A DNA stretch of 32,086 nucleotides, from NCBI GenBank assembly GCA_020148045.1, contig JAHCRG010000003.1:1-32086 (forward strand), written 5' to 3'. Below, in pieces: positions 26,700 through 32,086 of the stretch. The DNA is from Patescibacteria group bacterium (GTDB lineage Bacteria; Patescibacteriota; Minisyncoccia; Minisyncoccales; GWA2-38-27). The notes under the pieces are model-generated. The model was not told the origin of the DNA, searched no databases, and worked only from the letters and a program-made list of their open reading frames with translations. Position numbers and translations under genes: made by a program. Position 1 is the first letter of the stretch. Each line of letters opens with the position of its first letter.

Positions 26700-28657
26700 A
26701 CTCTTTTTGTTTTGATATACCACTTTTCAATTCCTGAGAAACGTTTTGAGGGGTCAACAATTTTTTCTACTATTATTCCTTTTATTTCTTTTGATACCAG
26801 ATAAATATAATCTGGACTATACAAAAATACTACTGGAACGTCTTCAATTAAGATGTCTTGAAAAAGGGATAGTTTTTCAGCTCGGGTCTCAGGGATTGGA
26901 GATTTTCTATTTTCTTCCAATAATTTATCTGCTTTACTATTCTCATATAAAGCTAAATTTAATCCCGGGTCTTTTTTCTGGGAAGAATGCCAGAAAGGAA
27001 AAGGGTCAGGAACAGCTCCTAAAACTTCTCCAAAAAGCAAACTTTCGTAATTTCTTGGTTTAATAAAGTCCTGCTCTAGTTGGAAAAGAGGAAAGGTTTG
27101 GATTTCAACTTCTGCTCCTAATATTTTCCATTGTTCTTTTAGGATTTCAGCAACCCTAATCATTTGAAGCTGTTCAACAGTTACTAAGCTAAACTTTAAC
27201 AATAGAATTTCTTCTGGTTCTTGGAAGCAGATTTCATTTAATTTGGCTCTGGTGCTTTTGCCTACAGTCCCTGTTCCTTTTGTATAACCCCATGGTTTTA
27301 GGACATCTTCATAATATTTTTCCTGAAATCTAATTACTGCCTGCTTTGTTTTTTCACCAAAATAGCCGGTTATTTCTCCTTCAGGATATATGTCTGGAAA
27401 CTTAGCCAAGCATTTCTGAAGTTCTGTTACTTCTTTTCCTTTTGACCCTTTTGTTAAGCGGCTTTTAAATTCAAAAGCAGGTTTTTTAATAATAATCTTT
27501 TCCCTTAATCCGTCTTGGTTTTCGTCTTTAAACCCAGCTTCTTCTAATATGTTTTTTGCTTTTTCAATATCAAATTCATAAATTTCTGAAGGTGCGTCAA
27601 GCCCATAGATTTCTGGCAAAATGGGGGATTGGACAATTTTTTGGCCAATTTCTTTTTTGTTAACCCCATAATTTAGAGCTAACCGGACTTCTTTTTCAGC
27701 CAGGACTTTTGATTTTTCTTGATTGAAAAACACTGCAAAATATCTTGGCAGAGAGAGCAAATAAGTTCGCCAATTTCCACCAATATTTGCCAGCGAGCTT
27801 AAGGATAGCCCTTTAATTTTCCCTTGCTCAGCTGTTTTAATTAGTTCTTCTTCATTATCAAAAAATACAAATTTGATTTTAGAAATGTAGGGTTTTTTCC
27901 CGGAATGAAGAGAGTTAGCGACCAAGGTTAAAGATTTTATCCAGTTAGAATTTTGTTTTATCTTTTTTAATTTGTAAAGACCTGATCCTATTGGTTTTAA
28001 GTTAGAGGATTCAAAAGCAAAGTTCTCTGGAGAGACATTCTCCCAAATATGCTTTGGCAAAATCTTTAAGGTGCAGTTTTCCAGAAAAGCACTGTAGGGC
28101 TTTCTTAATGTAAATTTAACTCCCAAATCATTAATTTTTTCTATTTCTACCCCCACCCAGTTTGCCTGGAGAGGACTTTTGAAATCCGGGTTTTGGATTG
28201 TTTTGACAGTAAAAATTATGTCGTCAGCAGTAAGTGGGGTTTTGTCTTGCCAGAAAAGATTTTCTTTTAGATAAAATTTATAAACTTTCCCATCTTCTTC
28301 AATTTCAGGATATCCTTTGGCTAAGTCAGGAACTATTTGTAAGTTTTCATCGTATTTCATTAAACCAGAAAAGATAAGCTGGACTAAGTCCCGGTCAACA
28401 TCAGAATTAGCGTAGACGGGATTGATAAATCTCGGTTGGCCAATTACTCCTTCAGTGTGAGTTCCTCCTCGGGCCGGCGCGATTTCAGTATTTTTAAAAT
28501 AAAGATTAATTAAAAGAAAAGTGAAAGAACCGAGGGCTAAAAGAAAAAAAGCAAAAAAAGCGATTTTTTCTTTTTTCGTTAGAACTTTAAAAAATTGCCT
28601 CCACTGAGATTTGGCGGGCCATTTTTCTATAAATAAAAATTTCCTCTTTTTTCTCAT
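26684..28657 (-). CDS. ABC transporter substrate-binding protein, family 5 (OppA/DppA-like), with N-terminal TM anchor and inserted peptidoglycan-binding domain
   Basis: GG...[25 protein letters not shown]...[27 protein letters not shown]; ATG28657 preferred. Confidence 0.85.
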   Translation of the reverse strand: MRKKRKFLFIEKWPAKSQWRQFFKVLTKKEKIAFFAFFLLALGSFTFLLINLYFKNTEIAPARGGTHTEGVIGQPRFINPVYANSDVDRDLVQLIFSGLMKYDENLQIVPDLAKGYPEIEEDGKVYKFYLKENLFWQDKTPLTADDIIFTVKTIQNPDFKSPLQANWVGVEIEKINDLGVKFTLRKPYSAFLENCTLKILPKHIWENVSPENFAFESSNLKPIGSGLYKLKKIKQNSNWIKSLTLVANSLHSGKKPYISKIKFVFFDNEEELIKTAEQGKIKGLSLSSLANIGGNWRTYLLSLPRYFAVFFNQEKSKVLAEKEVRLALNYGVNKKEIGQKIVQSPILPEIYGLDAPSEIYEFDIEKAKNILEEAGFKDENQDGLREKIIIKKPAFEFKSRLTKGSKGKEVTELQKCLAKFPDIYPEGEITGYFGEKTKQAVIRFQEKYYEDVLKPWGYTKGTGTVGKSTRAKLNEICFQEPEEILLLKFSLVTVEQLQMIRVAEILKEQWKILGAEVEIQTFPLFQLEQDFIKPRNYESLLFGEVLGAVPDPFPFWHSSQKKDPGLNLALYENSKADKLLEENRKSPIPETRAEKLSLFQDILIEDVPVVFLYSPDYIYLVSKEIKGIIVEKIVDPSKRFSGIEKWYIKTKRVWKWI

Positions 28658-28662
28658 AGTCA

Positions 28663-28698
28663 ATGACCTATTTCCGACGACCGTCAAAAATAGGTCAT
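28663..28698. repeat. Long intergenic palindrome between secG and the SBP gene
   Basis: ATGACCTATTT/AAATAGGTCAT 11-bp arms, extended on the minus strand by G-U pairs and GAC/GTC. Confidence 0.8.
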
Positions 28699-28706
28699 AT
28701 CAGAAG

Positions 28707-28925
28707 TTAGAGAATGAGATTTGACAAGGCAAAAACAATAAATAAAACTCCGCAGATTATAGTTGCCCAAAAGATTTTCTTTTGAATACCTCGTCGAGTG
28801 GCGTAAAAACTACCTCCTTCGCCTCCAAAAGCAGACCCCAAAGCAGTCCCTCTTTGCTGAAGGAGGATGAAGACAATTAAGAGTATAGCAACAATGATTT
28901 GAGCGATTGGTAAGAGTGTTTGCAT
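28707..28925 (-). CDS. secG: Preprotein translocase subunit SecG
   Basis: Two TM segments, ILLQQRG..LGSAFGG...TRRG..K. Confidence 0.93.
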   Translation of the reverse strand: MQTLLPIAQIIVAILLIVFILLQQRGTALGSAFGGEGGSFYATRRGIQKKIFWATIICGVLFIVFALSNLIL

Positions 28926-28928
28926 ATT

Positions 28929-29309
28929 TTATTCAATAATTTCTACAATTCTCCTTCTTTTTGGAGTATAGAGACCGAAAATAAAGTTTAAGGCCCAGAT
29001 TATGACTGTTGTCCAGAAAAGGGGAAGGAGACCAGTAATTTCTAAATCTCTTGGGAAAAGAATCTCCATTAGCCAGACCAAGCCCATATTTATCACTAAA
29101 CTAAATAGGCCAAAAGTTAAGATTCTTAAAGGCAGGGAGATTGCTTTTAAAATTGGTTTAAGAGAAAAATTAATAAGACCTAAAACTCCTCCAATTATCA
29201 AAAGCATTAAAAAAGTGCCATAAAATTCTACTCCTGGAACAAACTTAGCAGCCAAAAAAAGACCTAAGGCCCCAGAGATAATATGAAAGAGGGGTTTTCC
29301 TATATACAT
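28929..29309 (-). CDS. 4-TM phage holin family (YvlD/DUF360-like) membrane protein
   Basis: LG.IN..LKPILK.ISLPL.ILTFGLFSLVIN signature; ATG29309 preferred over TTG29351. Confidence 0.8.
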   Translation of the reverse strand: MYIGKPLFHIISGALGLFLAAKFVPGVEFYGTFLMLLIIGGVLGLINFSLKPILKAISLPLRILTFGLFSLVINMGLVWLMEILFPRDLEITGLLPLFWTTVIIWALNFIFGLYTPKRRRIVEIIE

Positions 29310-29322
29310 ATATATTATATAT

Positions 29323-29351
29323 ATACTATCAAATTTTTTGCAAGAGGTCAA
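29323..29351 (-). promoter_or_regulatory. Probable promoter of the holin-secG...trpS operon
   Basis: TTGACC (29351-29346), 17 nt, TAGTAT (29328-29323). Confidence 0.55.
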
Positions 29352-29355
29352 TCTA

Positions 29356-29384
29356 TTGAAATCTTTTGAGGCTTGGGGTATAAT
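29356..29384 (+). promoter_or_regulatory. uvrA promoter, near-leaderless
   Basis: TTGAAA (29356-29361), 17 nt, TATAAT (29379-29384); ATG at 29394. Confidence 0.7.
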
Positions 29385-29393
29385 AGATTACTT

Positions 29394-32086
29394 ATGGAAA
29401 AGGATGTTATTAAAATTCGGGGGGCTAAGGTTCATAATCTAAAGAATATTAATATTGATATTCCCAGGAATAAATTGGTGGTGATTACCGGGATTTCAGG
29501 TTCCGGCAAGTCCTCCTTGGCTTTTGATACTTTATATGCTGAAGGGCAGAGAAGATATGTTGAAAGCTTGTCTGCCTACGCCAGGCAGTTTTTAGGAGTA
29601 ATGGATAAGCCCGAGGTAGAAAGAATTGAAGGGGTAAGTCCGGCTATTTCTATTGACCAAAGAAAAGCAGCTCATAACCCCCGTTCCACAGTGGGCACAA
29701 TAACGGAGATTTACGATTATCTCCGTCTTTTATTTGCCAGAGTTGGAAAGCCCCACTGTCCAAAATGTAAAAAGCCAATTTCCCGGCAGACAGTTGACCA
29801 GATTGTTGAGCAGGTTTTGAAACTTCCTCAAAAATCAGAGATTACTGTTTTAGGTCCGGTAGTTCGTTCCCAAAAAGGAGAACATCAAGGGACTCTGGAG
29901 GAAATTCAAAGAGGAGGATTTGTTAGGGTAAGAGTTGATGGAATAATTTACAGGGTTGAAGAAATATTAGGAAAAAGTTTAGACAGAAATAAAAAACACA
30001 ATATTGAAGTAGTGGTGGATAGATTAGTGATTGGAGAGGACTTAGAAAAATCAAGATTGATTGATTCTTTGGAAATTGGCTTGAGGATCGGGAAAGGCAT
30101 AGTGACAGTAGGTCAGAGAACGAGGAACAAAGAACAAAGAACAAATGATTTAACATTTAGTGAGCGTTTTGCTTGTGAAGAATGCGGCATTTCTTTGCCT
30201 GAATTGGAGCCGCGTCTTTTTTCATTTAATAGTCCTTATGGTGCCTGCCTAGGATGTATGGGATTAGGTGAGAAATTAGAAGTTGACCCAAAGTTAATTA
30301 TTCCAAATCCAAACTTAACTATTGCTGAAGGAGCAATTAGGCCCTTGGTGCGGGCTTCAAATAAAATTGGCAGACGGAGTTATTTTCGAGCGAAGCGAGA
30401 AAATAAGGTTCTACCGAAGGCAGGTTCTTATTTTTGGTGGCAGCTTTCTGATTTAGCAAATAGATATAATTTTTCTTTGGACCAACCAGTTGGGACTTTG
30501 TCTGAGAAAATTTTAGATATTGTCCTTTACGGAAATAAAGATTTTGAAGGCGTAATTCCTAGTCTTGAAAGAAAGTATCATGAAACTAATTCCGACTGGA
30601 CCCGTCAGGAAATTGAACAGTATATGGTAAAAAGACAATGTCCCAAATGTTTGGGAAAAAGATTAAAACCAGAAGTGTTAGCGGTGACAGTAGCTGGCAA
30701 GTCAATTGATGAAATAGTAGGGATGCCAATCGATAAAGTAAAAGTTTTTTTTGGAGTCAGACCCGAGTCTGACCCCAAAGTGGCTCAGCCTATAATTAAG
30801 GAAATTCTAAGTCGCCTTCAATTTTTAATTGATGTTGGGCTTGATTATTTAACTTTGGACAGGAAAGCCGCTACCTTGGCCGGCGGCGAGGAAGAAAGGA
30901 TAAGATTAGCCACCCAAATTGGTTCAAAATTAACTGGAGTTTTATATATTTTAGATGAGCCCTCAATAGGTCTTCATCCAAGAGACCAGGGAAGATTGAT
31001 TGGGACACTTAAAAAATTAAGAGATCTTGGCAATACGGTAATTATCGTTGAGCACGATAATCAAACCATTCGCGCGGCTGACTGGGTAATTGACGTTGGT
31101 CCCGGAGCAGGAAAGCACGGCGGCCGGATTGTTTTTAAGGGGACACCAAAACAATTACTAAAGTCAAAAACTTTAACAGGTGAATATTTATCAGGGCGGA
31201 AGAGGGTTGAAGTGACGTCAGAAAAATCAAAAATCAAAACTCCCGTCTCCGCTAAAGCTTCGGCGGGCAAGCAAAACTATTTAATAATTAAAGGGGCTCA
31301 GGAGCATAATCTAAAAAATATTGATGTTAGAATTCCGCTTGGTAAATTTGTTTGTATAACTGGAGTTTCTGGGTCAGGGAAAAGCTCTCTAATGGATGAT
31401 ATTTTAGCCCGAGCTTTGCTTAAAAAATTTTACAAAACAAAAGAAGAGCCAGGTAAACACAAGAAGATTTTAGGCAGTGAGTTTTTAAATAAGGTTGTTT
31501 TAGTTGACCAATCCCCAATTGGTCGAACGCCCCGTTCTGATCCAGCAACTTATACTGGCGCCTTTTCTTACATCAGAGAACTTTTTTCAAAGACCCGGGA
31601 AGCCAGAGTTAGGGGCTATTCGCCCGGCCGTTTTAGTTTTAATGTGAAAGGCGGTAGGTGCGAGGCCTGTGAAGGTCAAGGCCGGATTAAAGTTGAAATG
31701 TATTTTTTGCCAGATGTTTATGTTGAATGTAAAGAATGCAAGGGAAAAAGATATAATAAAGAAGCCCTTGAAATTGAATACAAGGGAAAAAACATTGCTG
31801 AGGTTTTAGAAATGACAGTTGAAGAAGCCTTAGATTTTTTCAAAAACATCCCTGGTCTTTCCCAGAAATTAAAAACCTTAAATGAAGTTGGCCTATCCTA
31901 TGTTCAACTTGGACAGCCGGCCCCCTCTTTATCTGGAGGAGAAGCCCAAAGAGTAAAATTAGCTACTGAGCTTTCCAGAAAGTCCACTGGTAAAACTTTA
32001 TATATCTTAGACGAACCAACAACTGGTCTTCACCCGGATGATATTAAAAAATTGATTAAGGTCTTAAGAGAATTAGTTAATAAAGG
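29394..32086 (+). CDS. uvrA: Excinuclease ABC subunit UvrA, 3'-truncated by the window edge (absent from the ORF track)
   Basis: [18 protein letters not shown]...[28 protein letters not shown]; second Walker A GVSGSGKS; [12 protein letters not shown]; LDEPTTGLH in the same frame at the window end. Confidence 0.98.
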   Translation, partial: MEKDVIKIRGAKVHNLKNINIDIPRNKLVVITGISGSGKSSLAFDTLYAEGQRRYVESLSAYARQFLGVMDKPEVERIEGVSPAISIDQRKAAHNPRSTVGTITEIYDYLRLLFARVGKPHCPKCKKPISRQTVDQIVEQVLKLPQKSEITVLGPVVRSQKGEHQGTLEEIQRGGFVRVRVDGIIYRVEEILGKSLDRNKKHNIEVVVDRLVIGEDLEKSRLIDSLEIGLRIGKGIVTVGQRTRNKEQRTNDLTFSERFACEECGISLPELEPRLFSFNSPYGACLGCMGLGEKLEVDPKLIIPNPNLTIAEGAIRPLVRASNKIGRRSYFRAKRENKVLPKAGSYFWWQLSDLANRYNFSLDQPVGTLSEKILDIVLYGNKDFEGVIPSLERKYHETNSDWTRQEIEQYMVKRQCPKCLGKRLKPEVLAVTVAGKSIDEIVGMPIDKVKVFFGVRPESDPKVAQPIIKEILSRLQFLIDVGLDYLTLDRKAATLAGGEEERIRLATQIGSKLTGVLYILDEPSIGLHPRDQGRLIGTLKKLRDLGNTVIIVEHDNQTIRAADWVIDVGPGAGKHGGRIVFKGTPKQLLKSKTLTGEYLSGRKRVEVTSEKSKIKTPVSAKASAGKQNYLIIKGAQEHNLKNIDVRIPLGKFVCITGVSGSGKSSLMDDILARALLKKFYKTKEEPGKHKKILGSEFLNKVVLVDQSPIGRTPRSDPATYTGAFSYIRELFSKTREARVRGYSPGRFSFNVKGGRCEACEGQGRIKVEMYFLPDVYVECKECKGKRYNKEALEIEYKGKNIAEVLEMTVEEALDFFKNIPGLSQKLKTLNEVGLSYVQLGQPAPSLSGGEAQRVKLATELSRKSTGKTLYILDEPTTGLHPDDIKKLIKVLRELVNK
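30114..30148 (+). repeat. Heptamer tandem repeat (CAAAGAA-like x5) in uvrA
   Basis: CAGAGAA CGAGGAA CAAAGAA CAAAGAA CAAATGA, encoding [11 protein letters not shown]. Confidence 0.7.
30380..30434. mobile_element. 48-nt in-frame palindromic insertion in uvrA flanked by a TTATTTT direct repeat
   Basis: TTATTTTC-GAGCGAAGCGA-GAAAATAA hairpin plus CTACC-GAA-GGCAG; TTATTTT at 30380 and 30428; peptide [19 protein letters not shown]. Confidence 0.7.
30750..30779. repeat. Palindrome inside uvrA
   Basis: TTTGG-A-GTCAGAC-CCGA-GTCTGAC-C-CCAAA, encoding GVRPESDPK. Confidence 0.75.
31222..31272. repeat. Heptamer repeat (AAAAATC x2 + AAAACTC) followed by a GC-rich palindrome in the uvrA linker
   Basis: CCCGTC-TCCGCTAAAGCTTC-GGCGGG at 31242-31267, encoding PVSAKASAG. 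Confidence 0.75.

Noticed and set aside
28658-28687. N-terminal extension [10 protein letters not shown] of the SBP from TTG28687
   Set aside because: The start lies inside the hairpin; ATG28657 is more plausible, though translation of the palindrome cannot be excluded
28929-29309. Holin as evidence of a prophage
   Set aside because: This 4-TM family is commonly chromosomal; no phage genes are adjacent and it is 3 nt from secG
29301-29327. (TA)n tract upstream of the holin-like gene as a phase-variation switch
   Set aside because: Short, interrupted and downstream of the predicted promoter spacer; expected in AT-rich DNA
31061-31270. Antisense ORF beginning [10 protein letters not shown]
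   Set aside because: Reverse reading of the palindrome and uvrA; not a gene
1-32086. CRISPR array, rRNA, transposase or intein
   Set aside because: No regularly spaced repeats, rRNA-like tracts, transposase ORFs or large inserts in RecA/RpoB/RpoC were seen

Overview
AT-rich bacterial chromosomal window (standard code 11). The gene content and style point to a Patescibacteria/CPR (Parcubacteria-like) genome, by inference: rpoBC is detached from ribosomal protein genes, RpoC has a short C-terminus, Shine-Dalgarno sites are almost absent and genes are very tightly packed. Order: 5'-truncated giant modular surface/fibre protein; O-antigen-ligase-like + TPR membrane protein; rpoB; rpoC; ftsK; a phosphoglycosyl transferase; recA; then on the minus strand rpsR-ssb-rpsF-ychF; two phosphohexomutases and an inositol monophosphatase; a minus-strand operon holin-like/secG/ABC substrate-binding protein/cupin pgi/tRNA-Leu(CAG)/rnj/trpS; and a 3'-truncated uvrA that the ORF track missed. 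Three signals stand out. (1) Many short palindromic, REP-like elements sit in frame inside conserved genes (rpoB, rpoC twice, ftsK, rpsF, uvrA three times, both first genes); one has an apparent target-site duplication and two motif families recur. (2) A tRNA-Leu is butted with zero spacer between the pgi stop codon and the RNase J start codon, its CCA sharing the A of the ATG, which resembles tRNA punctuation; that RNase J has lost a conserved zinc-ligand His. (3) The fibre gene is built from modules joined at a DNA-conserved 12-nt motif. Several promoters predict leaderless mRNAs.
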